From a virus (Duplodnaviria > Caudoviricetes), in the IMG/VR virus record IMGVR_UViG_3300012158_000002, positions 2,073 to 66,072 of that record: DNA of 64,000 bases; one strand, 5' to 3'. The notes under the pieces were generated by a model. It had not been told where the DNA came from, ran no database searches, and saw only the letters and a list, made by a program, of their open reading frames with translations. Numbering within the stretch: the stretch's first letter is position 1; each line of letters begins with the position of its first letter. Shown here piece after piece: positions 55,757 to 64,000 of this stretch. The position numbers were made by a program, and so were the translations under genes.

Positions 55757-57187
55757 CTATAATTCAACAACGGTCAAATCTTCCGAATCATCTGTTCTGG
55801 TTGCGATAAACTGCAGTCCGTTATCCTTGCATTTTTCGTATATCCGATTCCGTAATTTTGTAGATAATTTTTCTACCCCGTCTATGAGGATAATCTGTAA
55901 TCCCTTTGAATTTTGAATAGATACATCAATACATAAGTCAAGCTTTTGACCATCCGAAAGGTTTGACACCGGAAGTCCTTTTATGAGAGGAACGCCATCT
56001 TTAATGCTAAGGTCCTTAATTGGTATCGTTGCGGTTTCCAAAATTTCTCCCGGAAGAGTCCTAGCCTTTTCTATTTTGATTGTTAATTCCTTTGATTCTT
56101 TTTGCAATTCAGAGACCGCATCTTGCAGATTAAGCATCCGGTTATATTCATTTACATAACCCTTCATTTCTTCTACGAGTTCTGCCTTTGCGGTTAGTTC
56201 AGAAAGATCTTTTATTTCCTGATCGATATAATTTTTGTATGATTCAATTTCTGCTTCAAATGTCGCAATATCAGCCTTATATTTCTGCTCAATTACTTCC
56301 AATTTATCAGCTTTTTTGTCGCAAAGACCATCACGTTCTACTTCTAATGCCTTAATTTGTTCGGTTAATTTTATAACTTCTTTTGCAATTTGATTGGTCC
56401 TAACATCCATTTCTTTATCCAGGGCGGCTATGGCAATTTCTTTATCAGCTTCAAACTTTCTGATTTTATTATTGCGATTATCAGCCAATTGATTAGCCCG
56501 TTCTATCATTTCATTTTCTTTTCTGATAGTTTCAATTTCCTTGTATAATGTAGATAAGTTTTCGCTTTCCCATTTATTTACATCATATCCGGCTGGAATA
56601 CCTTCGGCTATTTCTTCGATAAAAGCCGTTCTATTTCTAATATCCCTGTTAATATCCTGTCTTTTCCTGAAATAATAACCATTGTCAGACTGGATATCAT
56701 TGAGGACCGATAGAATATTTTGATCATATGAGACATCAGGAGGTATTTCCCCAAACTGCTCCTTAATCCATCCCATATCCCAGTCAAATTCAATCATGTT
56801 CAATATAATGCGATTCTGCTGTTTCTTATCCATCTGCATAAATTCGATTGGATTCAATTGCAATTCGGTAAATATATCTTTTAAAAATGTTTCTGGACTA
56901 CTTACTTCAACACCATTTCGTTTAATGCTTTTGTAGTCAGCCTGGTTAATACGAGATTTTCTGTTAATCCTGAGACCTGTATCAGTCTCAATTATAATTT
57001 CGCCTTCGGTTTCTCCATTACGAACTATATAATCTCTACTTGATTTGTTGGTAAGAGCGAATCTAATTGCATCAATGACAGATGTTTTTCCAACTCCATT
57101 TTCACCAGCCAACTCAACGCTATTTCCATCTGATTCATATTCCGTGATCCCAAAAAGGTTCTTGATTTTAAGCTTTACTATTTTCAA
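55757..57187 (-). CDS. SMC/SbcC-like AAA ATPase with long coiled coil
   Basis: GENGVGKTS, LSDGQ signature and ILIDGVE. Confidence 0.85.
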   Translation of the reverse strand: MKIVKLKIKNLFGITEYESDGNSVELAGENGVGKTSVIDAIRFALTNKSSRDYIVRNGETEGEIIIETDTGLRINRKSRINQADYKSIKRNGVEVSSPETFLKDIFTELQLNPIEFMQMDKKQQNRIILNMIEFDWDMGWIKEQFGEIPPDVSYDQNILSVLNDIQSDNGYYFRKRQDINRDIRNRTAFIEEIAEGIPAGYDVNKWESENLSTLYKEIETIRKENEMIERANQLADNRNNKIRKFEADKEIAIAALDKEMDVRTNQIAKEVIKLTEQIKALEVERDGLCDKKADKLEVIEQKYKADIATFEAEIESYKNYIDQEIKDLSELTAKAELVEEMKGYVNEYNRMLNLQDAVSELQKESKELTIKIEKARTLPGEILETATIPIKDLSIKDGVPLIKGLPVSNLSDGQKLDLCIDVSIQNSKGLQIILIDGVEKLSTKLRNRIYEKCKDNGLQFIATRTDDSEDLTVVEL

Positions 57188-57375
57188 TATGCCGTCCCTC
57201 CTAATATATATTGTCCGTCTGCCCGTTCAACAACATTTCGGGCAAGCATCTTCTGATTCCATTCTTTTCTAATTTCCAATGATCTTTCTTTTTCATGACA
57301 AGTATCGCAAATTCCGCCATGTAGCTCTCCTGCATCAACCCGGCTGTCACATACCTTACAAATATAACGATGCAT
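57184..57375 (-). CDS. Small Zn-finger protein
   Basis: CKVC..RVDAGE...CDTC. Confidence 0.7.
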   Translation of the reverse strand: MHRYICKVCDSRVDAGELHGGICDTCHEKERSLEIRKEWNQKMLARNVVERADGQYILGGTAY

Positions 57376-57408
57376 TGATTAATCTCCCTTCCTATATTTA
57401 CCTTTTTG

Positions 57409-57663
57409 TCAGACTACGCCATAAGTTCTCCGCCTACTCTTTTTTTCAATTTCCATTTGCTTTTCCCTGTGTTGTTCAAGCTTTGCGGTGTCGAACAAAA
57501 TGGGACTTTTTTGCTTTGTCGGATCCATTTTCCATGCACAACTCAGAGTTGGATCACGATAAATATTCATTAGATATGTCATCGGAAATCCCATTTCATC
57601 TCTTAATTCTGATAATCGCATTACTGGCTTTGGATATTCCATATAATTTCTCCTTTCTGTCAA
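57409..57663 (-). CDS. Excisionase-like wHTH protein
   Basis: YPKPVMRLSEL..MGFP...PILFDT; early-operon position. Confidence 0.55.
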   Translation of the reverse strand: MTERRNYMEYPKPVMRLSELRDEMGFPMTYLMNIYRDPTLSCAWKMDPTKQKSPILFDTAKLEQHREKQMEIEKKSRRRTYGVV

Positions 57664-57700
57664 TTCATTTAAATTTTAAAGACTTTTGATATTTACTAGT

Positions 57701-58036
57701 TTATACGGTGTTTGTTAGTATCTGCGCCACCTTACCGGCTCCGCTTATGGCTATCATACAGGGGCGTATACTCATAATCACGTAACCATCTTTACAGAAT
57801 GTTTCATCATTCAGTACATAAACCACTTTGTATAATGCGGAATTACCTGTATATGTGTACATATATGTTTCCTCTCTGTCCAAAGAATAATCAATCTCGT
57901 TCAGTGCCAAGTAATCGCCTACTGCATAATTCCTGTCATTTAAACGTACTTCATATGTTTTTATGCCTGCCACTATATCTTGAAAAAACTTAGATTCACA
58001 CTTTAGTTGATGTATCATCTTTTCTCCTTTCAACAT
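57701..58036 (-). CDS. ASCH/DUF3850-domain protein
   Basis: HQLKC...F..I..G.KTYEVRLNDRNY.VGD.L.L.E. Confidence 0.85.
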   Translation of the reverse strand: MLKGEKMIHQLKCESKFFQDIVAGIKTYEVRLNDRNYAVGDYLALNEIDYSLDREETYMYTYTGNSALYKVVYVLNDETFCKDGYVIMSIRPCMIAISGAGKVAQILTNTV

Positions 58037-58037
58037 T

Positions 58038-58469
58038 TTAAATAAAAATTACATTACCCCTTTGATGGTGTACAAAATCATTTGATAGCATTTTTTTCCA
58101 CTCATCCTTAGTGGCTTTGTAATCTGCAAATGTATTTGCATTATCCTCACACCATTCACATAAATCATCTAAGGTTTCAAATACTGGACTTACCGGACTA
58201 CCTTCTGTAGTAGTTTCCCAAAGTTGGTATCCTTCACCTTCTGGCGGTTCTACTTTACTTGAAATATCAATACCATAATATTTATCAAAGTCTGGACATC
58301 CACCATCCAACAATTGTATCCCTTTTATTTCCGCATATTTCCGGCATCCTTCACAGCCTGCACTATATTCACTATGACAATAGCAAATATATTTATTATA
58401 GTATCCATACCATACCTTGTTTAGTGGATAGTCAAAATCCATCGGAACTCTTTTTAATTCTTTTCCCAT
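58038..58469 (-). CDS. Hypothetical phage protein
   Basis: GEGYQLWETTTEGSPVSPVF motif. Confidence 0.75.
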   Translation of the reverse strand: MGKELKRVPMDFDYPLNKVWYGYYNKYICYCHSEYSAGCEGCRKYAEIKGIQLLDGGCPDFDKYYGIDISSKVEPPEGEGYQLWETTTEGSPVSPVFETLDDLCEWCEDNANTFADYKATKDEWKKMLSNDFVHHQRGNVIFI

Positions 58470-58765
58470 AATAATTCCTTTCTACTGTCGCCATCTGTTT
58501 CGTCAGGTCTATGATAATCGCAAAATGTACCATCCTCCGTACTTTCGCCCTCATCATCTGAATCGTATAAACGACTGCATTCATTGCAACGCTCATAGTG
58601 ATCTGGTATTATGCCAACAATTTCCTGAAGGTAATAAATGACTCCAAACGCCATTTTTTCAGACAATTGTGGCGGTTCTTGTAATGATATTTCTTCCGGT
58701 ACATCTCCTTGCAAAAAAGTATACAGGTTTTCCGTTTCTTTAAAACTCATTGCTTTTTTATTCAC
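58454..58765 (-). CDS. Hypothetical phage protein
   Basis: ORF track; Cys motif. Confidence 0.65.
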   Translation of the reverse strand: MNKKAMSFKETENLYTFLQGDVPEEISLQEPPQLSEKMAFGVIYYLQEIVGIIPDHYERCNECSRLYDSDDEGESTEDGTFCDYHRPDETDGDSRKELLWEKN

Positions 58766-58794
58766 TATTTTATCTCCTTTCGGTAAATTTTAAT

Positions 58795-59178
58795 TTAATA
58801 CTCCTGAACAATCTCAAAAGGAACAAACATTTCAGGTAAGATATTAACCTCATAATGATAACTACTTACATTTGCTCCGCTGATATCTTCTATGGACCAG
58901 AATATCCATTCACCTTTTGATATATAATGTTTTTTGTATTCGTTGACTCCGGTTTGGCAGGTTATTACTAATCTGTTGCTTTCATCTGAAAGCGAGAATA
59001 CTCCTATCAATTCAAAAACAGGTGTATCTGATCTCAGGTTAATAACTGATAATCTACGAGTCACCTGGAAATTGTCTGCTGAGGTGGATATATTAGAAGA
59101 TACCCTATCAGCCTGATCACATCCAATACATAATGTTGCTAAAATTAATACTAAAATTAATGCAATTTTCTTTCTCAT
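58795..59178 (-). CDS. Lipoprotein-like phage protein
   Basis: Signal peptide with LCIGC lipobox-like sequence. Confidence 0.7.
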   Translation of the reverse strand: MRKKIALILVLILATLCIGCDQADRVSSNISTSADNFQVTRRLSVINLRSDTPVFELIGVFSLSDESNRLVITCQTGVNEYKKHYISKGEWIFWSIEDISGANVSSYHYEVNILPEMFVPFEIVQEY

Positions 59179-59254
59179 GTTTTTCTCTCCTTATAATTTT
59201 ATTTTCCTCCGCACCGCTTATAATGCCGATGCGGAGTACTTGACGGTTACGCTG

Positions 59255-60043
59255 TCAACTGGCACTATAATCTTCTTCCGCAATGTCAAGCCTTTTAACA
59301 GAGACTTCAAAAGCCACCCTGCGCTCTGTATTTTCATCATCAAGCTTCTTTATATACTCACGGCTCTGAATACGTCCCTGGATGATGCAATGCTCGCCTA
59401 TTGACAACGTAGCAGCGAATACGGCAGTTCTTCCCCAACATATACATGGTATGTAATCTGTTTTGCCATAGGGTCTGTTTACAGCAATAAACAGATCGGT
59501 AATTTCTCTGCCCAGTGGTGTTTTTCTATACAGAGGTTCCTTACAAATAAAGCCATCCAAGTAAATCTGATTAGCAAGATGCATGTCCTCTGTGTCCTCC
59601 ACAAAACAATCAGCTGTTCTTGCAAAAACATACAGCATCAATTTGTTTTTGCCGGTTTCCTGCCGATTATAAGACCGGAATTGTCCGCATACACTGATGA
59701 TGGTCCCCTTATAATTCTCACCTACATTAATAAGGCGATCAGATATCATAACCGGAATAATATCGTAATTGTCGCTAAGCCTTGGAACGCTTACGTCTAC
59801 TATGTAAAATCCCTCTCCACAAACCTCATGACTATAAGTGAAATCACTTACTATTTCCCCCTTTATTGCAGCCCGATTGTTTTCAATAATGTTATCATTC
59901 ATATTTTCTTCTCCATTCTCATGTATTTCATATCCACTTATTTTTCCGTCTTCCAAAATCCATCTGAGACCAGTTTCATTAAATAACTGCATTGTCTGAT
60001 CTACTGTTAAATCTTCTGTAATTTTACTTAAACTTCTGTCCAT
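59255..60043 (-). CDS. ssb: Single-stranded DNA-binding protein, clostridial double-OB type (likely start at MNDNII, 59902)
   Basis: V.VPRLS..YD.IPV, GQFRSYN, YRKTPLGREITD and DYIPCICWGR...QSREY motifs. Confidence 0.88.
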   Translation of the reverse strand: MDRSLSKITEDLTVDQTMQLFNETGLRWILEDGKISGYEIHENGEENMNDNIIENNRAAIKGEIVSDFTYSHEVCGEGFYIVDVSVPRLSDNYDIIPVMISDRLINVGENYKGTIISVCGQFRSYNRQETGKNKLMLYVFARTADCFVEDTEDMHLANQIYLDGFICKEPLYRKTPLGREITDLFIAVNRPYGKTDYIPCICWGRTAVFAATLSIGEHCIIQGRIQSREYIKKLDDENTERRVAFEVSVKRLDIAEEDYSAS

Positions 60044-60184
60044 TCAAAATCCCCTTTCCTGGTTTTTCCATTCTTTCAATACTTTGATAAAATCTGGATT
60101 TGTAAGTATATAGCTAGCAGTATAGGCTATAATCCCCACAATTCCGACAATAGTAATACATACGATAATAACTACAAAAAACAT
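60044..60184 (-). CDS. 46-aa single-TM peptide (not in ORF track)
   Basis: MFFVVIIVCITIVGIVGIIAYTASYILTNPDFIKVLKEWKNQERGF; AAAGGAG RBS. Confidence 0.65.
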   Translation of the reverse strand: MFFVVIIVCITIVGIVGIIAYTASYILTNPDFIKVLKEWKNQERGF

Positions 60185-60198
60185 TTGTTACTCCTTTC

Positions 60199-60301
60199 TT
60201 GACAGGGAGTAAGCGCCTTTGTTATAATAAAAACGGACGCCTACATCGCGATTGTATGTGTCCTTGGGTGCTTCCGCTTGTCCGAGCGGGGCATCCTTTT
60301 T
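60199..60301 (+). ncRNA. Promoter plus two-hairpin small RNA antisense to the early operon
   Basis: TTGACA-18-TATAAT (60199-60228); hairpin GGACGCCTACA/TGTATGTGTCC; terminator GGGTGCTTCCGC/GCGGGGCATCC-TTTT; no RBS-led ORF. Confidence 0.55.
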
Positions 60302-60309
60302 AATAAGAT

Positions 60310-60948
60310 TTATTGCCTAAAACATTTCTCGTAAATTTCTGTAAATGTCATTTCTACTGAATTTTCTTTTTCCGAAATACTTTTACTATGCGATTCACGC
60401 ACCATATCAAATAAGATATTGATAACAGTAATAACTAATTCTATTTCTGTTTCGTTAAAAATCACAGATTCTTCATGATTAACAGCAGCTGCTAATCTAC
60501 CTTGCAAAGTTTTTATGATTCCTTCCACAATTCCTTCCTCTTCTTTATCGGAATCGTCAATTACTTCATAATCCATGCCATATATAGATATATTATCCGA
60601 TGATAGATTTTCTAGCGTTAAGGGAAATGAACATCCCGATGCAAGCACATCAAATCTTCCAAGATAATCATCCCATACAACACGGCACCGATAAAATGCC
60701 GAACCTCTTTTTTCACATTTTACAATGTCGTTTTCCCATATCTTTTTACTGTTCTTATCATAGAGGCCTGTAAATTGGCAAAGGGTTTCAGGATTAACAA
60801 AATAAACTTTGTTCGTAATAGTACTTGTGTTCCGTATGACATGAATTGAATCATTGGTATCATCCATTCCATTAGGATAATATGTATAATAACCCTCCAC
60901 CCATTCCCCTGTGTCCTCGCGTTTTGCTTTAAAAAATATGTTTCTCAT
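60310..60948 (-). CDS. YopX-domain protein with C-terminal extension
   Basis: IFFKAKR.DTGEWVEG and QFTGLYDKN...IWENDIV. Confidence 0.85.
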   Translation of the reverse strand: MRNIFFKAKREDTGEWVEGYYTYYPNGMDDTNDSIHVIRNTSTITNKVYFVNPETLCQFTGLYDKNSKKIWENDIVKCEKRGSAFYRCRVVWDDYLGRFDVLASGCSFPLTLENLSSDNISIYGMDYEVIDDSDKEEEGIVEGIIKTLQGRLAAAVNHEESVIFNETEIELVITVINILFDMVRESHSKSISEKENSVEMTFTEIYEKCFRQ

Positions 60949-60960
60949 ATATCTCCCTTC

Positions 60961-61542
60961 TTAATTAGTAATTTTACTTTTTGCATCTTTTAGCAGTCTT
61001 GATATGTAAGTCTGTGAAAGTCCCATTTCCATAGCGATTTCAGATTGTGTATAGCCAGAATATCGCATTTTTATAATATTTCGCTGTTGTGTTGGCAGTT
61101 CATTAATTAATTCTGTTAAAATTACCACCTCTTCAACTTGATCATGGCTCGGGAAAAGTTCATCTACTGTATATTCTTCTCCATCATTATCGTTTATAAA
61201 AATATTATCTGTTGAATATACAAGTTTTTGTTTCTTCTGCCTGCGAATCTCTAGTAATATTTCATTTTTAATCACATGACCTGCGAATGTATTAAACTCA
61301 AACCCTAATTCCGGTCGAAATGCTTTAGCTGCTTTTATCATCCCCAGAAAAGCAAGTGACAATAACTCTTCTTGGTCAATCCCTGTTTGGTTCCATTTAT
61401 TTGCGAAATATATTGCCAGCCGAATGTTTCTCTCGACTAAAACTTTCCAGGAATCTTTTGACCAATTATTATATAGCTCTTTTTCTTCTTCTTTTGTCAT
61501 TTGAACTGGCAGTTCCATATTAAATACATGCCTTTTGATCAT
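60961..61542 (-). CDS. Sigma-70-family sigma factor resembling sporulation sigE/sigK/sigG
   Basis: LVERNIRLAIYFANKW..TGID.EEL.S...GMIKAAKAF...NEIL..IRR; region 4 TQSEIA..MGLSQTYISRL. Confidence 0.85.
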   Translation of the reverse strand: MIKRHVFNMELPVQMTKEEEKELYNNWSKDSWKVLVERNIRLAIYFANKWNQTGIDQEELLSLAFLGMIKAAKAFRPELGFEFNTFAGHVIKNEILLEIRRQKKQKLVYSTDNIFINDNDGEEYTVDELFPSHDQVEEVVILTELINELPTQQRNIIKMRYSGYTQSEIAMEMGLSQTYISRLLKDAKSKITN

Positions 61543-61572
61543 TTGATAATCCGCATCCTTTCTTATGTATTT

Positions 61573-61731
61573 TTATCCCACTTTTCCATTGGTTCTAATA
61601 AAGTGCAAATCCAGAACAGTGGAAATTTGTGTTCGTATCATCATTTTTTCTTCTGCCGGAAGATCATCAATCCCGTTTAGAATTTCTTCTATCTGATCAA
61701 CACGTTCTTCTAATTCTTTACTCATTGCCAT
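61573..61731 (-). CDS. First early gene, 52-aa protein (not in ORF track)
   Basis: MAMSKELEERVDQIEEILNGIDDLPAEEKMMIRTQISTVLDLHFIRTNGKVG; GTGAGG RBS. Confidence 0.65.
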   Translation of the reverse strand: MAMSKELEERVDQIEEILNGIDDLPAEEKMMIRTQISTVLDLHFIRTNGKVG

Positions 61732-61784
61732 ATTAATTCGCCTCACTTTCTTGCTATATTATTTATTAAAATGTAAATCATTGT

Positions 61785-61868
61785 GTTGCTCATGAAACTA
61801 TTGTACGTTTCGGTGCGACATTTGTCAAGAACTTTTTTGTTGACAATGAAACTTTTTTTTGATATAGT
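61785..61868. promoter_or_regulatory. Lysis/lysogeny switch: divergent promoters and operators
   Basis: Leftward TTGACA-17-TACAAT (61828-61800); rightward TTGACA-17-TATAGT (61840-61868); repeats GTTGCTCATGAAAC (61785) and GTTGACAATGAAAC (61839). Confidence 0.8.
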
Positions 61869-61893
61869 TAATTTGTGAAAGAGAGGTGACGTT

Positions 61894-62289
61894 TTGAATA
61901 GAATAAAAGAATTACGTGAATCACTTGGAATAACTCAAGATGTATTTTCAAAAAGATTAGGATTGGCCAGAAATACTATTGCAAATTATGAATGTGGAAG
62001 ACGTGATCCGACCAATCAAGTAATTACTGCTATTTGCAAAGAATATAATATAAATGAAGAATGGTTTCGTACTGGTAATGGTGAAATGAAAAAGGATATG
62101 TCTGTTGAAGAAGAAATTTACGGACGATTCGGAAAAATAATGGAAAAAAGCAGCCCAGTCAAAAAAGAAATAGCTTCTATGTTAATACAAATAGTAGATA
62201 TTCTTCCGGACGAAGAATGGGAATATATATATGGTGAATTTAAGAAATGTATTCAAAGAATTGAAGAAGCAAAAAGGGAAGAGGATTAA
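61894..62289 (+). CDS. CI-like Xre HTH repressor
   Basis: RIKELRESLGITQDVFSKRLGLARNTIANYECGRRDP...WFRTGNGEM. Confidence 0.9.
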   Translation: MNRIKELRESLGITQDVFSKRLGLARNTIANYECGRRDPTNQVITAICKEYNINEEWFRTGNGEMKKDMSVEEEIYGRFGKIMEKSSPVKKEIASMLIQIVDILPDEEWEYIYGEFKKCIQRIEEAKREED

Positions 62290-62396
62290 TCCCCTTCACC
62301 CAGAACAGCTTTTATTAAACTTATGAGACGTTTTATAAAATTAATATCATTAATAGAATCAATAAGTTTATGTAATTCATTTTTTTTCTTTTTCAT
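62286..62396 (-). CDS. 36-aa peptide between repressor and integrase (not in ORF track)
   Basis: MKKKKNELHKLIDSINDINFIKRLISLIKAVLGEGD; GGAGGGA RBS. Confidence 0.5.
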   Translation of the reverse strand: MKKKKNELHKLIDSINDINFIKRLISLIKAVLGEGD

Positions 62397-62652
62397 GGTA
62401 TCCCTCCTTTCGTACTGTAATATATTATATTTATAACCAATAAAATAAAATGTCAAATATAGTCGGCGAAAAATAGCAATTATCTTAATTTATTCTAAAA
62501 TAAAAACCGCCCCTGTAGGCGCAGGAACGGATTTTTATAGAACTATACCGGGAAGCCGATATAATCCAAAGCACAAAAGAATTATATCATTTACCCGGTA
62601 AAATTACAAGTTTATCGGGCATTTTTATGCCTTTTTAGGAGGAATTACATCT

Positions 62653-63747
62653 ATGGCAACAACAAAATACAAAAAAGGAAAAGACGGATATTTTCAAGCC
62701 AAAGTTTGGGACGGGACTTATGTCAATGACGAAAAACACCGCATAACCCTGAGAACAAAAAAAAGCAGCAGAGAACTGGAAAACATGGTCAATGAGCATA
62801 ATCGGAAGATTGCGGACCGGGAATATATCCGGATGATTGACATTACATTTCTTGATTATGCACGTAAGTGGAAAGATGTTTATAAAGCAAATAAATCTAA
62901 AAACACGCAAGCCATGTATTATAATGTAATTGAAAAACATTTATATGTCGTAACTTGTCAGATGAACGCGATTAATCGGATGGATTATCAGATGCTGCTT
63001 AATTCGATCCCTGGGGACCGGACCAGGCAGCAAGTGAGCATGACATTTAAGCAGATTATAAAAAGCGCGATAAAAGATAAGTTGCTGCCTGCAAATGTTT
63101 ATAATGAGATTTTTGACGATACCGAAACAATTCATTATCGGGCGCCTGAAAAGAGAGCATTGACAGAAACAGAAAAAAAGGCTACCTTTGACGCTGATCT
63201 GGATCCCCCGGATAAAGTTTTTCTATATATACTGTATGGCTGCGGCCTACGCCGGGGAGAAGCATTGGCCCTATCGCGGTTTAACATATCAATAGACCGC
63301 CGAGAATTGACCGTAGGCGGCTCTGTCGCATTTGATGGTAACAATCCCTACCTCAAAGGCACAAAGACGAGAAATGGAGAGCGTACGGTCCCAATACCAG
63401 AGATGATCTTGCCTGCCCTGGAAAGCTATCTTGCTACATTAAAGGGTACCTTGTTATTTCCGTCAAGAAGCAATGATTATCTCAGCAAATCATCCTATGA
63501 CAAGAAATGGGCCAGAATTATCAAAGGGATGGAAAAGGCATCCGGTGAAACATTTGACACCCTGACGGCTCACATATACCGACACAACTATTGCGCAAAC
63601 CTCTGTTACAAGATTCCAGAGATCAGTATTAATATGATTGCGCAGCTTCTTGGAGACAATGAAAGGATGGTAATTGATGTATATAATCACTGCATAGCGC
63701 ACAAAGAAAAGCCACATGATGTTGTTGCCGATGCCCTGGCGTTATGA
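62653..63747 (+). CDS. int: Prophage integrase (tyrosine recombinase)
   Basis: GLRRGE, KT, HIYRH and VYNH catalytic residues; N-term arm-binding-like region; adjacent to the tRNA. Confidence 0.93.
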   Translation: MATTKYKKGKDGYFQAKVWDGTYVNDEKHRITLRTKKSSRELENMVNEHNRKIADREYIRMIDITFLDYARKWKDVYKANKSKNTQAMYYNVIEKHLYVVTCQMNAINRMDYQMLLNSIPGDRTRQQVSMTFKQIIKSAIKDKLLPANVYNEIFDDTETIHYRAPEKRALTETEKKATFDADLDPPDKVFLYILYGCGLRRGEALALSRFNISIDRRELTVGGSVAFDGNNPYLKGTKTRNGERTVPIPEMILPALESYLATLKGTLLFPSRSNDYLSKSSYDKKWARIIKGMEKASGETFDTLTAHIYRHNYCANLCYKIPEISINMIAQLLGDNERMVIDVYNHCIAHKEKPHDVVADALAL

Positions 63748-63781
63748 GACAAATTTGAGACATTGAGACATTTTTGAGACA
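63745..63781 (+). repeat. Four TGAGACA direct repeats (arm-type-like sites) at attR
   Basis: TGAGACA at 63745, 63756, 63764 and 63775; the same heptamer forms the tRNA 3' end at 63880. Confidence 0.7.
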
Positions 63782-63879
63782 TACAGAAATGGATAGAATT
63801 GGAAATATATGGCATATAGCAAAGCAATAAAAAAGGCGCAAACCCTGATAAATACTGAGTTTAACACCTTTTTCATAAA

Positions 63880-63952
63880 TGAGACATCGGGGGCTCGAAC
63901 CCCGGACAACTTGATTAAAAGTCAAGTGCTCTACCACCTGAGCTAATGTCCC
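63880..63952 (-). tRNA. trnK: tRNA-Lys(UUU)
   Basis: GGGACATTAGCTCAGGTGGTAGAGCACTTGACTTTTAATCAAGTTGTCCGGGGTTCGAGCCCCCGATGTCTCA forms a full cloverleaf. Confidence 0.97.
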
Positions 63953-63973
63953 GTTATCATAATACAGCGTAAA

Positions 63974-64000
63974 TGCCCAGAGCCGGAATCGAACCAGCGA
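63974..64000 (-). tRNA. 3' part of a second tRNA (Phe-like), truncated by the window edge
   Basis: TCGCTGGTTCGATTCCGGCTCTGGGCA T arm and acceptor strand; anticodon lies outside the window. Confidence 0.75.

Larger units (their letters stand above)
1..63880. mobile_element. Temperate siphovirus prophage (A118-like morphogenesis module); right end at tRNA-Lys, left end probably outside the window
   Basis: Complete ordered set of integrase, repressor, replication, terminase, portal, capsid, tail, holin and endolysin genes. The integrase abuts the tRNA 3' end. Membership of the 1-12.4 kb arm is inferred. Confidence 0.9.

Noticed and set aside
63629-63937. 102-aa minus-strand ORF
   Set aside because: Translation of tRNA-Lys and the antisense strand of the integrase; no RBS
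1-64000. Diversity-generating retroelement, retron or CRISPR array
   Set aside because: No reverse transcriptase motifs, no template/variable repeat pair and no regularly spaced repeat-spacer array seen

Overview
The window is essentially one large temperate siphovirus prophage of a low-GC Clostridia host (Lachnospiraceae-like, inferred from gene content). It is integrated at the 3' end of a tRNA-Lys(UUU) gene at 63.9 kb; no matching attL was found, so the prophage probably extends left of base 1. From right to left: integrase, CI-like repressor with divergent promoters, early and replication genes (including a sporulation-type sigma factor), DNA methylases, a second tyrosine recombinase, late regulator, terminase, A118-like head and tail genes, lysis genes, and a spore-coat-like gene cluster. 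The left 12.4 kb is a + strand accessory arm. Top observations: (1) a hidden two-state invertible segment (16-bp inverted repeats at 18764 and 19307) that would swap the C-terminus of a small tail protein, with the silent cassette absent from the ORF track; (2) a GerE-like HTH plus Gly/Cys-rich and BclA-C-like cluster behind the lysis genes, in a phage that also carries a sigE/sigK-like sigma factor; (3) a SNF2 / PP-loop (IbrA-like) / ParB (IbrB-like) / methylase operon that is a candidate DNA-modification system; (4) a Mrr nuclease-FtsK-gamma fusion; (5) a C5 methylase whose motif IX lies in an overlapping reading frame; (6) several structured RNAs, including a type I hammerhead ribozyme, two tRNA-like elements, a duplicated three-way junction and an antisense sRNA. 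All family calls are by eye from motifs; no searches were run.
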